Source: Hydrolagus colliei
Taxonomy: Eukaryota
Length of the DNA stretch: 64,000 nt
NCBI GenBank assembly: GCA_035084275.1
Contig: CM068764.1
Location: 4,898,001-4,962,000, forward strand
Reading direction: 5' to 3'
The notes below the pieces were generated by a model that searched no databases, had not been told where the DNA came from, and worked only from the letters and a program-made list of their open reading frames with translations. This document shows positions 1 to 14,400 of this stretch, one piece after another. The translations under genes and the position numbers were made by a program. Numbering within the stretch: the first letter of the stretch is position 1; each line of letters begins with the position of its first letter.

Positions 1-312
1 TTGCAGCCAATGGAGCAAAAAAAATGCAGGTGTTCAGCTCAGGCCTTGGCTTTCCTGCACAACCTGTTTGAGGCTCCCACCCCAGACACTCACTCACTCA
101 GTCAGTCAGTCAGTCGCTCAGTGTAGACCAGTGTTGCCTGAGACAAAGGAAGGCTGCGGGGAAAAAAAATGTTAACATGAAACAGTTTGAGTGGTTTTCT
201 CCTGAGCTGGGTCTCTGCAGCTTTATGTTGCTGAGCCACTGGAGGAAATGAAAGCCTCTCTCCCCACGTTAGCTGTTCTCTGACGGTTTGGTAATTGGTT
301 GATTGTGGCAAA

Positions 313-336
313 ATGCTGGCCTTTCTGAAGACCGCG
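313..336 (+). CDS. RAP1GAP2: RAP1GAP2 candidate alternative first coding exon (MLAFLKTA)
   Basis: ATG at 313, donor GCG|GTGAGT at 337. Resembles the human MLASLKVK segment. In-frame TAA at 292-294 with no AG between it and the ATG, so this would be a first exon. Phase 0 matches the exon at 3199. Confidence 0.6.
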
Positions 337-3300
337 GTGAGTGTCCGTGACTGCCCCGCTGCGTGTGTGTGGGGTGGGGGGTGGTTTCTTTCACTCTCGC
401 AGAGCGGTGTGAGGCGATTGGCAGCCCCTGATAGCTCAGAGCGAGAGGTGGAGATAATAATAGTAATACTAATAATCCTTGCATTTGAAATAGTGCTTTT
501 CGCATCTTACCGACGTCTCAAAGCACTTCACAGAATATACTGTAAAGTGAACTGACTGTGTATTTGTGGGTGAAACGCGGCAGCCAATTGCACACAGCAG
601 CGTCCCCAAAACAGTCGTGAATTTAAATGACCAATTTTATTCTTGTGAGTTTTTTTGTGGGGAGGGATTATTATTAGGCGTGTGGAGTAAGGAAACTTGC
701 CCAAGATTTCGCCCTCATCTGCCTCGATTCAAACACAGGTCTCACGTTTGTAAGGCGAGTGCTCTAACTATTGAGCTGCAGGAGATCTCTTGCCACCCCC
801 CCCTTCCCTCCCCTTCTCTCTCTCTCTCTTTCATCTTGTTGGAAAGGACAACCTTGCTAAGACCTCTCATCAATGTGTCTTGATGTTTCAAAGCATTTCC
901 CCTTTGTGGAGGTGGTTGTGCGACATGGCTGTGTACAAATTGCTTGCCGCATTTATCTACAAATGACTTGAGAATGTGTCCTCGAGAAACACTTTCGTTT
1001 AGGGCCTTTTGGAGTCAGCAGGGTGTCGTGAAACGCTTTACTGAAACGTGTAATGACTGTATTTTGCAGCCAAACACTTAAGCTACTTTGCACTCAATAG
1101 TGCCCCACAAACTACACATGAAGTAACCATTTTTACTTGGGGTGGGGGGGATTGTCAGCCAAAATTCAGGGAGTGAGAATCAATCATTTCTTTATTGAAT
1201 AACGCCACGGGATCTTTGATGTCCACCTGAACCGGCAGACGAGACCTCAATGTAACGGTTTAATCAGAAAGAGTTCTAAAGAATATCACCTCTTCTGGCA
1301 ATGCAGCACTATAATCACCCCCACCCAACACCCATCCCACCCCCCAGCCCTGCACTGAAATGTTAACGTAGACAATGTGACTTCAAAATCCCGACGTGGG
1401 GCTTGAACCCGCGACCTTCTGACTCCGAGGCGAGTGTGTCCCCGATTAGGCCAGGCTGATACCTACGTCTGCTATTAGACTTTGATTCAAAACGCAGCTC
1501 CCTGACTGAGATCAGCCACGGCACAGATTGCACAAACCATTTAACTGCTCAAACTGCAGCATTTGATGTCAGCCTTGTTGGCAGGAGGTCGAAGCCTCTT
1601 TACGTGCATGACACTCCACGGGTGGGGTGAGGTGGTGGTTGGGGCTCTCGGTTTTATTGGGTTTGCGAGTTCTGCACTGATAACTTTCTTTTTATTGTGA
1701 CAATAAAAGCATCATATTGGGCAGGGCCTGTCAATGGCTCGGTGGGTTTGTACAGTGAGTGTCTGAGCCGGACTCGAGTGAACGCCAGTTTTGGTCTGTG
1801 AAGCATGTGTCCTTAGCTGTTCCCAGCCAAGTTGCTGCATTTGGCTTGAGTGCATCATGCTGGTAGGAAAGAGAACAATTTTTAAGAACCCTGCTCCCCG
1901 ATTCACCATTCGGTAATTTTTTCCCCTATGCACTGGCCTCCTGTTCTTCCCTCGTCCCCCTTCGCTCCACCATTGGAGGCTGTGCTTTCAGCCACTATCC
2001 CCTGAAGCTCTGCAACTCTCCCCCTCAATCCCTCCGCCCTTGCCCCCCACTCCATCACCACTTTCAATTCCCACCTAAAGACCTTCCCCCTCCCTCTCTC
2101 CCTGGTTTGTGATCAAACTCTGCCACTACCCGTTACCCCGCGTGAAGGGTACAATGTAAATGCAAGTTGTTGTTTCTCTATCTTCCTCTCCACCCCCTCC
2201 CCACCTCCCCCATCCATTCAGCTAGGTTTAGATGTAAATGTGAGTGCAGAGCTGTGTGTGATGTGTTCTTGTGTGAAGGGAGGTAGGATGCGGAGAGGGC
2301 TGAATATGCCTGGGCTATTTTTACCCAGAGTGCGTTGAGCTTCTTGCTCGTGAGTTGAGGGTGAGTTGAGTCCAAGATGACGTGGGTGGGGGTGGGCAGT
2401 GAGTCTCGCTCGGGGTCTGTACTGAATGTATCAACACACACCATCATTGATCTTTAAGATGAGATTATGACACATTGATGTCGGTGCTGAGCTAAAGGGC
2501 AGGTGGAGGATAAATAGGGTTCAGTTAAGATCTGGACCAATTAAGCAGTAAAACCGAGGCTTAGCAGATGGATTTTTACCGGATTTGAACCGAACGTAAC
2601 AGAGACACAAAGAGGAACCAGCAGACAATGAAGGCATGACCTTTAGCAAAGATGAAGAGTGAAAGGAATTTGCATAATTGCTTTTTGTCTGAATGTGAAG
2701 CTGCTATTGACGAGGCCAGTCAATATTAGGTTTCATACATTTACATAGAACATTACCGCCCGGAAATGTGCCATTCAGCCCACCTAGTCCGTGCCTTGAT
2801 TTTGCCCTCTCCAATGTTCCCTTAAATAGCCAGGTTAATCCTGTGCGTCAGCCCAGCTCAGTCAGTAACAAGCTTTTGAAGCGAGTGACCGATTTTTTGT
2901 CTGGGGAATTAACACCAGGTGAAACTCTTATCTTTTTATCGATTAGTCCCACAGTGTCTTTAACAATAATGACCCCCCCCCCCCCACCCTGAACAAGCAG
3001 ACGGGACCTCAGTTTAATGTCTCATCCGATGGAGAAAGCAACATTGGAGATCCAGCCTAGACTGTGAGCTCAAAGTCCCAACATGGGGCTGGAACTGTGG
3101 TCTGCATGTCCTGGTTAACACTCAAACTCGTACCAGCAGATTCACGCAAACAGTTTGTATATCGATATTTGACTTTTGTTTTCCTGTCTCTTCAACAGTC
3201 CACCGAGTTCTTCGACATGCTGGAGAAGCTCCAGGTAAGAGGCTCTTCACTTGTAACTCTGAGAGAACGGACGTGTAGTCAGAGAGCAATGGTTTATTGT

Positions 3301-5334
3301 AGAGTTCAACAAGGCATTTATAGTTTTGAGGCGAAATGCAATTGCTTTAGTACACATCACTCTCTTTACGGCTGTTTGTGCAAGTTATTATTCATCTACG
3401 GAGCCCCAAAATTCCTTTGTTTGATGTTATACGAAATTAGTTTTGCTAATTTCCTGTTATGTGGGATTTACTGTTATGTGTAGTCACTGCGTATCTTGAG
3501 GGTGATCAAGGCAGCTGATTTGGGCACTGCAATGTCCCATAAGCAGGCGTGAAGTGAGTGACCAAGTCTTTCTGGAAGATTGTTGGCTGGGACACCAGGC
3601 CCTGAGATCTTTTATGTCCACCCGAACAGTCATAAACAGGTTAAATCTCACCGGCACCTCCAACAATGCAAAGTGCTTCCAGCGTTCCGTGAGAGAGCGC
3701 GCAGTGTCAGAGTTTGTTTGGGTGAAAACAAGGGACGTTTGCATCTCTATACATAAGTAGTAACTTGGAGCATTAGCCTAGACTTGTGAATTATACAGTG
3801 CTGACATAGAGCGATAACCCTCAAGTTTCTGACATAGGAATTTGACGCACTCCCTCGCCTGTTTCAATCTGACCCTAACTGCAACCACAGTATGGCCCGA
3901 AATTTTGTGACAAACTGGTGAGGTGACCTTTTAAGACCAGCGGAGGTGGCAGGTATATTGTGAAGTCCTGGTCCTGTGCGAGAGGAGAGGAGAGGCAGCT
4001 TTGCAGCAGAAAGGTGTTTTGTTTATTTTGTGACCAGGTGACATTTCAAATGAGTTTCTAGAGGCTTTTAAACAAGTTTAGATTCAGCTCAAAACGAAAC
4101 ACAAAAAACACTGCAGATGCTGGAGAATGAAGCTCATGCTGATTGATGAGACTGTACACAAAAAAAAGATTGCTGGAATTTCATTGTAAAGAGCCCGAGG
4201 CTTGTTATCGCTGTAGTAATGGAACTTTTCCCACGTTTGCGACCAGACAATCCTGTCTGCCGATCTATATTGCGCCTAAATATCCCTAAAGTACATTCCT
4301 CTCTGATATAATACACATTTAACAATAATCCTTGCACTCTATCACTCAGTGTTTTTTTCATAAAATATAATGAACTGTATTTTGTGGGTGAAACGTGGCA
4401 GCCAATTGCACACAGCAGTGTCTCACAAATAGTCTTGCATAGAGTGACTTTTTTTAAACCGATTATTATCCCCGGAAAGCAATCCGCCAATCAATTTCGA
4501 ACTACTTACTACTTCGGTAAACAGAGGCATGTGGAGTAATGTTTGAGAAATTCTCTGACATTGGAGACGCTATGTAATGGTAGGTTGTTGTATTGTAACC
4601 CATTGAATAAGTTTTTATGTACGGGAGGGAGGTTGGAGAGAGCACCTCTCAGTCTAGCTGTCACCCAGGTCATGTGTCTGCGAGCTGGAGAGCTGCCAGG
4701 ATTTGGTTGCCTTTTTCGGGATGTTTAATCATTAACTGAAAGCTGAAAATTTAAGGGAGGCGAAAGTCAGACAGTAGTTTGGGTAACAGCCAATATGTTA
4801 CAGGCTCCAATGTCACTTTGCATGCGATATAAGCACCATACTCTTTTACGCTCCCTCCCCTCCCCATTTCTCTCTCCCTACCCCCTCTACCTCTCTCCCT
4901 TTTTAACCCAGCACAGAGCTCAAACCTTTCCATTCACTGAAGAGAAGCCAGATAATAATACAAATAATAACGCTCACAATAGCGCTTTTCACGTCTTCTA
5001 GATGGCTCAAAGCACTTCACAGAATATACTGTTAAATGGATTGTGGGCGACATGCAGCCAATTGCGCTCAGCAGTGTCTCACAAACACTTGTAGATTGAA
5101 ATGACCAATTTATTTTTTCGGAGGGATTATTATTAGGTATGTGGACTAGGGGAATTTGCCCAAGGTTTTGCCTTGATAAGGATGACATTAAGATAAAGCA
5201 AGGGCTTTGGGAAATGCTGTTGCTTGCTACAAACAGGTGGATGAGTATAGAAGCATCCTCACTTGGGTGTTGTGATTAACTTTGCCTCCAGCTATTAATT
5301 GTTCACGCTTCATTCCTGATGCATATTTTACTGT

Positions 5335-5401
<67 letters not shown>

Positions 5402-8400
5402 GTCACTCATATTACAGTTTCACGTGCTATGTTTGCCTACAAACGCACAGTCACTGCACTTTATAGAAATAGCTCTGCGATGTTTTGACATGATCCGATG
5501 CTATTTTAAATGCAAGTGTCGTTATTATTGTATTACGAGCCTGCATTATCAGGAGGCAATATCGGATGCTTTGATGTTTGTTGTGACATGTGTTCTAGAA
5601 CAGGTAGTTCCAGGAAATAGGAGAGAGCGAGCAGTGACGGAGTGGGGGAGGCGGGTTGTGCGTGTTTAAATATGCATTCCACAGTAACACAAAAATAAAT
5701 GCCATTGGCCTGAATAGATAGTTATAGATGGAAACGCAAATTGTTTATCTCGCAGGCAGGCAGCCACGCTAAGAATGCAAAGTGTATTTTCTGAGTTCCA
5801 ATACGTCATTCCCACAGATTATTTGCTTATATAACAACATTGACTTTGTCTCAAGTCAATTATGTTTTACTCAGGTAGAGCTTCAAGATTTTTTTTGAAA
5901 GTGTGAATGACATAGGTTTGTGTCACGCATATGGGATGTATTTCTGGCGTGCGGTTTTTATGTGCCAGTTTGGCGCTTGCTGCTTATCCGATGAGGGAAT
6001 GATTCTTTTTTGACATTTAAGAGCTTTTCTGACGCCGCAGATCCAGTTCGGGTGCTTCTGACGTTGGGACGCTCGTGCTTCTGTGCTGGTGGCTCTATTT
6101 TTATAAACGAAAGACTGACCTCTCGAGCAGTGGCCCATGCAGAGGACACTGAACAGTCCACTGAAGCCCTGGTCGATTAACCCAGCGATCAGACAGACAG
6201 CCATCAGAGTTACATGGCGCTGCGTTTATGTGTACAATTAAAGTAGTAATAATATAACTAATAACCCTTGCATTTGATATGGTGCTTTTCCCACCTTGTT
6301 AGATTGTCTCAAAACCCTTTGCTGCGTATACAGTACTGTGATTATGTATTTTGTGGGCAAACACAATTTGCACACAGCAAATACCCCACAAACAGCCATG
6401 GGTTGAGTAACCAGTTTCATCTGGGAGATTGTTGGCCAAGATGCCGGAGGAAGAGAGAGAAACTCCCGTCTCTTTTCGAGTAACGCCATGGGATTTTTAA
6501 CGTCCCGCTGAACGGCCAGACGGGATCGCAGTTTAAAGTCTCATCCGATGGACGGAGTCTATGACAAAGTAGCGCTCCCCTCAGCACTGCACTGGTGCGT
6601 CAGCCTAGACCATGAGTTCTAAGTTAGCCTTAAACCCACCTAACCTTCTGACTCGGAGGCGAGCAGGCTGCCAACTTTGAAGCAGTCGGCAACATTTATG
6701 TTTCCTGCATCAATAGCACATTTGCCAGAGACTGAGGAGAGGTCGGCATGTCACAAAGAGAAGCATGGATGAAAAAGGTCCTTTCAGACGTTTGATCTCA
6801 TCTGTTCTAAACAATGTAAAGAGCGAATCTCTGACCAACAACATGCATTTGTTGGCTGAATTTAGAGCCCATGGTAACTTTGTATTTCAGTGCGTTATTT
6901 TGCTGTGTGTGTATGAGTGTGAGAGAGAGATATTGTCATCCTGACACTCCTTTCATGAAAACAGGTTACAAAAATGGAGGAACAGAAAGACAAGAGCCAG
7001 AAACAGAAGGTTTGTTCAAGCCAAACAATGACATTGCTACTAAAGGTGCGCTGGTTCCAGCCGTTATTCAATAGATGCTGTCGCTCTCCTGAGTGTGACA
7101 TTGACGCTGCAAAGTTCTGTACAAAATGTCATCCATTTCAGCGGGGACTAGGGCAAACTCTAGGGCCACGGACTGACTCAGAAGTGTTCCAAGTAGTGTA
7201 AAATCTGGTATCCACTTTACCACACAATCATTGCAGTAAAATGCCTGTAATTCTCAGTGATGTACCTCTTTAACTCAGAGGGTGAAACCTGGAATAAAGG
7301 GGTGACTTTAGAAACCAAATCACACAGGCCTGTAGCCCCACTTTTTTTTTTATCCCAACAATCCATTTACAAGCAATTGCAAGATCATCAGAGATGTATG
7401 GATGAAGAAAGCCATTTGGCCCATTTCATCTAATTCTCCCAGAACGTCAGCCCTCCCGTCACAGCTACTTCTCAAATGCGGCCAGTGTCCTGCAGAGCAA
7501 GTCTCAGCTAAAGACCTCTCTCTTCAACCATACCTTGGACCACACCGCTACACTCCACACCTCCTGACCCCAACTCCCAGCTCAGGTCTAAAAATTGTCC
7601 ACTGCCCTGGGATGTCTTTCCGACGTGAAGGGCGCTATATAAGTTGTTGTTTAACATGCCCTCCCGACACTGTATAAATATAAATTGTGTTGTAATCAAG
7701 CATGTCCGGACAGTGCCTGAGGAACATGAATAGTGAAGAGGACACAGCACATTGATAAAGTCAGCTCCCAGCTCTTTCTAATCGATTGCTGACGTTCAGA
7801 CTTTAAATAGATTTGTCCAGTTACCAACCAATGTAGGATTTTCACATGGTTACCATCAGATCTGGTGACCGTGGGACATTAGCACATACCTGTATCCCCT
7901 TACCCCAATCCTGTGCCAAACATTTGATAACTCACTGAGCCATGCTATATTACAACCTGCTATTTTGTGTTCAATTTAGTGCCATTTCAAACTTGAATTC
8001 TTACTTTGTTGTCCATTACTTTTAGGATGATTACATTCCTTACCCCAGCATCGACGAGGTGAGTCTACCTTAGTTATCTGCTAGTTTTTTTTTTTAAAAA
8101 TGTAAATAAAAACTAGCTATTGGGGAGGGAGGGAAATTTGGTTCATAGGTAACTAGTGGAAGAAATATGATCCTAAGAAGCCTGGAATTTTTCTTGGTTT
8201 TGGCCTTAGGATCCAACCCAAGAAAGAGCACAAAAGCTGCCGAAGGATGTCTTATCTGAGTTTCCACCCAATCCTTTCTTAAGACATTTCCTTGCTAAAT
8301 GCCTTGTGCTCTTGAGACTTTATTCATGAAGGTCTCCAGAGATGAAAGGACCAATTCTCTCTGCTCTTCCCTTACTGACACGAGTTTGGGTCTTGCCCTG

Positions 8401-11400
8401 GGGCGTCTTTCAGGCGAGGAGAGCGCTGTGCAAGTGTAAATTGTTGTTGTTTTTGTTCCTCAGATCATCACTAAAGCAGGGCCCTTTCCATCTATTATCC
8501 TCCCTCAATTTGGGGGCTATTGGATTGAAGGGCTGGAAAATAACATCACCCCCACGTCATCTGAGAGCAGCTTCTGTGAGGACGATGTGGTGGACAACCT
8601 AAGCCCCAGCTCGTTTGGGTACAAACTGGAATGCAACAGCACAGCTAGAGCCTACAGAAAGCACTTCCTTGGCAAGGTCAGTGACAGACTCTGAATCCTC
8701 GATGTCACGGCTTTGTGTTGAACCAAATTGCAAACGCGCATAATTGCTATGTGCCAGACAAGCTGTGTCTTAATTATTTATTGCCTACAAGCAGTTGAGC
8801 AATAAAAATTGAATGCAATGAGGTTGTGCTAAGACCGTTTGCTCCAGCGACAGATCTGTAAAGATATGCTATCTGGCTAATGGCAAACGCTCTGAGTCCA
8901 TGTGTTCTTCAGTGTCCCAGTATCAAAAGCTTTGAGCTGGTTAGACTCCAGTATTTACCCCTACGCACACTCTGGGGGGGTTGGGTCCACTAAGCTTTGG
9001 CTCTTGCCAACCTGCGCCTAATACTTTCCGGAATTAGGTAAGCAGGACACTTCCTTCCAGGAGGAGAGTATAGCATCCCATTCCAGCAATCTATCTCTGG
9101 ATTTTTCCATGTTTAGGTGGGATGCATGGAATCCTCAGCTCGGTTTGGCTATACTTTAAGCACGGTGATGGGTTTCCGTATGTGTCAGGCATCCGGCTGA
9201 TCAAAAATGAATGCTCTGAGACCCTGTGTCACCTTTGTCAATTCCAGGACCATTTGAACTTTTACACCTCTTGCAGTATCCTGGGGAATTTGGTGCTCTC
9301 GGTCAAGTACGAAGATAATGATGGCCAAGAATATCTGAGGATAATACTCAGGTAACCAAACTTCACTCCCCGATTACCCCAGTCCTTGCCAGCTTCACTG
9401 GCTCCCTGTATCCCTGGAGCAGATCGATTTCAAGATCCTCACTCTTGTATTCCAATCCCTCCACTCCTCTGCATATCCCCTGCATCTCTGACCTCTTCTC
9501 TCCTCACAACAGTACTCGTTGCCTTCGTTCTACTGGGACTGGCCTCCTCCTTATCCCCCGAATCCTCTGTTCCACCGTCAGCAGCCATGCCTTCAGCTAC
9601 TACCCCCGATGCTCTGGAACTCTTTTCCTCCTTCCCTTTGCCTTGTCCCCTCCTTTCCTACTTTCAGGTCACGCCCCAAGTCCCCCTCCCCCTGGCTTGG
9701 CCCTGGGATCTGTTTTGTGAAGCGCTCTGAGACGCAGTCTGGCGTGGAGGGCGCTATATAAATCCAAGTTGTTGTTGTTGTAGCGATTTAGCTACCAGGT
9801 TTTAACTGACTGCATTTGTTAAGTGGGTGCGTTTTGCAACAGAGTCACGAGAGTCCAGGATAGTTTCTACTTAAAATTGTCTTACACAAGGGCATTTACC
9901 GGGTAGTGCCCTGTTTAGAGAAGAACCTACATTTTAAGATGCTTTTATGTTCCCAGGTCCAGGTCTAAAACAGTACATGAGCGACTGCCACTGGTTGGAG
10001 CCCCCCAGCTGCCCAGTATCCCACTGATAGCAAAGGTAAGTTGGACCCTCTTCTGTCTGGTGTGGTAGGCATAGCCCCTTTCAGTTCACATTCCTCCATC
10101 AATGTCCGGTGGCAATGCTGTCTCGTGGGTTAGATGAATGAAAGTTGACCTGGTGCTTGTTTTGTTAGACTGAGGAGAAGCAGCCTCTCCTCTACCAGAG
10201 ATCCCTTGTCAGAGGTTTAGATGTACTGGTTGGAGTACGTGAAGTGGCCACAATCAATCAATCAATAATTACATTTATATAGAGCCTTTCACGTCGGCAG
10301 GATGTCCCAAGGTGCTGAACAGTAAGGTAGGGATCAGAGCAGGGGGTGAAGGAGAGTAGGAAAATTGACTGTATATTTGTGGGTGGAGAGAAGCAAACAG
10401 CCTCTGCTCACCGTGACTGGATTCTTCCTCAGAGTGGGCATAAATTTATAAAAGGGATTGAAAAATTAAACCCAGACCACAGACTGGTTGAGTCAACTGT
10501 ACAGTTCTCTGCAGATTGGCACGTTGGGATGCATTGAGGCTGAGGAACAAGAGCACACAGGTTTAGAGTTGTAAAGGCCAATTTCAGACACCAGGATGTG
10601 TGTGTTTTTTTTTCCTTTTACGCGGAGGGAACAGGTTGCATATAGAGGCCAGGGCACTTGGATTAATTTGAAAAGCAGCTTGATGCCCTGATGGTTTGGG
10701 GGATGTGGGGTTCGATTAGGGTGAAGGACCTTCTTCTCCAGACCAATCTAGTGAACTCATGTGACTTGTTTTGTGGATGATCAAGTACCCAGCCTCCTGC
10801 AGAGGCTTTGAGCTCTAGCGCCTTAGAAAGGTGTGTCTCCAGTGGGGGATGGGAGGGGGTAGGAAATAAAATATTTGCATCCATTCATAATACAGCTGCT
10901 GTTCTTATCAGCCAAAGCACCGATAGCATCCGCCCTAGACAAATGTGACCCATTAATCATCAGCCTAAATGAATGGAAGTGTGTGGATATGATGGGCTGT
11001 AAAGGGAAGTTTGGGAGAGAGAAACTAGGAACATTTTGTAAAACAAACAAGTGGTGGTTTGCTTTGAGCTGTGTCCGGATGTGGGTGACGCTGGCAGAGC
11101 CAATGTTTATTGCCCATTCCCAGGCTGCCCTGAGAAGGTCCTGGTGAGATGGGATCTTCTTTGTGAACCCTAACTCTATAAACCGACCGACCCCTCACCC
11201 CCACCATCATATCTGCCAAGTCGACTTAAACAGACAAATTGTGGATTTCTCAGCTGGTCAGGGGTTTGTTTCCTTGTCTGCTGTGTTTTGTGGATGAGGG
11301 TGTAGCTAAAGCAACATGAGTTTCAGGGATTGATAGCGCTCCGCTCTAAAGCACACCAACAAGGATTCAGTTCATATAGAAACCACAGAAATCTACAGCA

Positions 11401-14400
11401 CAGAAGGAGGTCACTTTGTCCATTGTATCTGCGCCGGCTTTTTTCAAAGAGCAATCCTTTCAATCCCATTAAACCTGCCTTTTCCCCCCTCCCCCTCAGA
11501 CCCCAGCAGTTCAGTTCTCCATCCACTAAGTTGTTGAAAATTATACACACTGCCCCCATTCCTCCAGCAGTGAGGGCTGCCTATAGTGTTGCAAGGCAAT
11601 AGTGGAGAGGCTGGCTGCAGCTGCGGCGGCTGGACTCATGCTGTCAGCTAAATATGGTGCCTGGGATGGAAGGAACCCAGGATAATAGAATATGACATGG
11701 GTCAACTTGTCAAAGAAAGAGAGAGTGTGTGTGTGTGGACTTCATGTATATGAGGCTTTAAGGAGAAGATGTGGGGGAACAACTTCTGTTGTTGTTCTGA
11801 AGCCCAAATTATAACTCAGTCTCAGAAGAGTGTAGACAACAACAAGATTACATTTGTAGAGTGCCTTTCACATCAGGAGAACGTCCCAAGGCGTTGGACG
11901 GCAGAGTTGTTGCTTGCTCTAAAGAATGCTTTCTGTTCCTTTTCCTCTTTGTCCCCCCCACCCACCTTTAGCTCCTCTGTGATGAATTGTCCAGTGTGAA
12001 GTTTTCTCCTGTTCTTTACCCCAAGGTAAGTGCTCAGCAAGGCAATGCCCCCTCCACAGTGACCTTCGGCGGAAGTGCGGTGATAAGTTACATGTGGTTC
12101 AACATACTTAACACTACATGCTTTCTAGCCCATATACAGGGCTGAGGTCCTGGTAATACATTGGCTCAGACTAGACAAGACTGTGATTCAATTTTGATTG
12201 TGATACAGTACTCATAATAATAATTCCTTCCATTTGTAATGGCCCCTTTCTCATCAGAAGCAAGTATCAAAAATGCCTCCTAGAATTTGTTGTAAAGGTG
12301 TATCTTTGCGGCCAACCTGAATAGGGACCTCAGTTTCACATCTCAATGGAAGGGCTGCACCTCCAAAAGTGTATCGCACCCCCATCCCGACATTGGAGTG
12401 TCAACCTAGACTAGAAGAGATCAAAGTCCCGATGTGGAGGTTAAACCTCCAACCTTCTGCGTCTGGGATAAAACTGAGCCTGACTCTCAGCCCCTCAATG
12501 GGGCTCTCTCACCGTTAACCCACAGCGGCGTTCAGTCCCCCCTGAGCACAGCGGTTGCAAATGTTTTTATCTTCATCTCAGCTGCTTTGCAGTGAAAGTC
12601 AGGTTGTTTACTTTCTTGAGATTGGCTGTGGGAGATAAATAATGAACTTTCCAACCAATTTTCCTTAAAGTCGACGTGAACTTTTTTTTTGGGGTGGAAG
12701 GAAAGACTTTGGAAAGTCACTGTCGTCACCTTGCAATCTGTTGACCGCTTTATTCTTTTTAATACACAAGGCGTCCCAGCTGATTGTCACATACGACGAA
12801 CACGAGATCAATAACGACTTCAAGTTTGGTGTGATTTATCAACGATTCAGTCAGGTGAGTGTAATGGGCGCCCTTAACAAAAGGGAGAGAAGAATAATAA
12901 GATTGTACTGTTTTTAATTTCAGCAACAAAAACACTTCACTTTATTATGTACCTTCAGGTGATAACTTGAGACTATCTGGGCTGTGATCTGTGTTGATAA
13001 CGCCAGCTCAGTGATCGAGCAATCAGAAGGGCTGAGATAACAATCTCATCACTCAGTAAGGTGGCTGTAGTCTGTCACACAGGGAGATACCGGCTGTTTC
13101 TGACGATATTACCCATCCAAGTGTTAATTTCAGTCAAAATTGCCCATCATTATCCAGTCCAGCCCCTATGAATAATCCATAATAATAATAATTGCATTTG
13201 ATATACCGCAATACCACATCATGGAGATCTCTCAAGTCGCCTCCTAGAATATATTGTAAAGTGATCATTTTTGTCTGTAGGGAAAAAAACGTGGCAGCTG
13301 ATTGCTCACAGCAGTGTTGCCACGAACAGCCGTGGATTGAGTGATGAATTTTGTCTTTATCTTGGAGGGATTATTACCTCCTGGAAAGCTATCTGTCATT
13401 CGACTAACAACTGGATTCCTACTTACCGCTAGGTAAACGGAGGCCTGTGGAGTAAGGAAACTCGCTTACGGTTTCACCCTGCCCAGGAATCGAACACAGG
13501 TTCTCTTGCTTGCAAAGCAAGTGCTCTTAACCACTACACAATAGGATATCTGCCAATGTGACGAGACCTTCTCTCAGATGTCGTTTCCATCTAAAAGCTT
13601 GGCTCAAGTCACATTATCTTGGTCCATTACATTATATTACATTTCAGTATTTAATGTTTTAACACTAAAGGGCTTTGTTTCTACTTTTCAGACCACGGAA
13701 GGGGAATTGTTCGGGAACAATGAGGAAAGTCCTGCCTTTAAGGAATTCCTACAGCTGCTTGGAGACACAATCGTACTCCAAGATTTCAAAGGGTGAGTGA
13801 AAATACCGTCCCACATTGCAAAGGTCGTGTTTCATAAAGAATAATATGGGTGATGGGGAGAAGTTTGGGGAGGTGGATTCATTGATCTGGAGAATTGTTG
13901 GCCAGGAAATGGGACCTTCGGATCTCAACCACCTGAATGGATCTCCACAAAGCTCAGTTTTGTCCCTCATCTGAAATAAGGTACCTCTGAGTGTCAGGCT
14001 CACTCAGTAGGAACCAAGCTGTTGGTCGATTGGCGGATTGCCTTCCAGGAGTAATAATCCCCTCTCCCAAAAAAAATTGGTCACTCAATCCATGACCGTT
14101 CGTGAGGCACTGCTGTATGTAATTGGCTGCTGCGCAGTCTGCCCACTTTACAATATATTCTGTGAAGCACTTTGAGAGTTTGCAATGATGGTTCAATGTC
14201 TCCCTGACGCAGTTTCCGAGGTGGCCTCGATGTCGCACACGGTCAAACTGGGATCGAGTCTGTTTACACCATGTTCAAGCACAGGGAGATAATGTTCCAC
14301 GTCTCCACAAAGCTTCCGTTTACAGAGGGAGACACCCAACAGGTATTTGCTCTGTGCACTTTCATATGACATTGTCCCGTCACCTACAGGTCCTTTGTGC

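Noticed and set aside
2603-2633. Segment ending QQTMK, resembling the missing PPTMK exon end of RAP1GAP2
   Set aside because: Would need a weak GC donor, has no pyrimidine tract, starts in the wrong phase and has an in-frame TGA at 2586.
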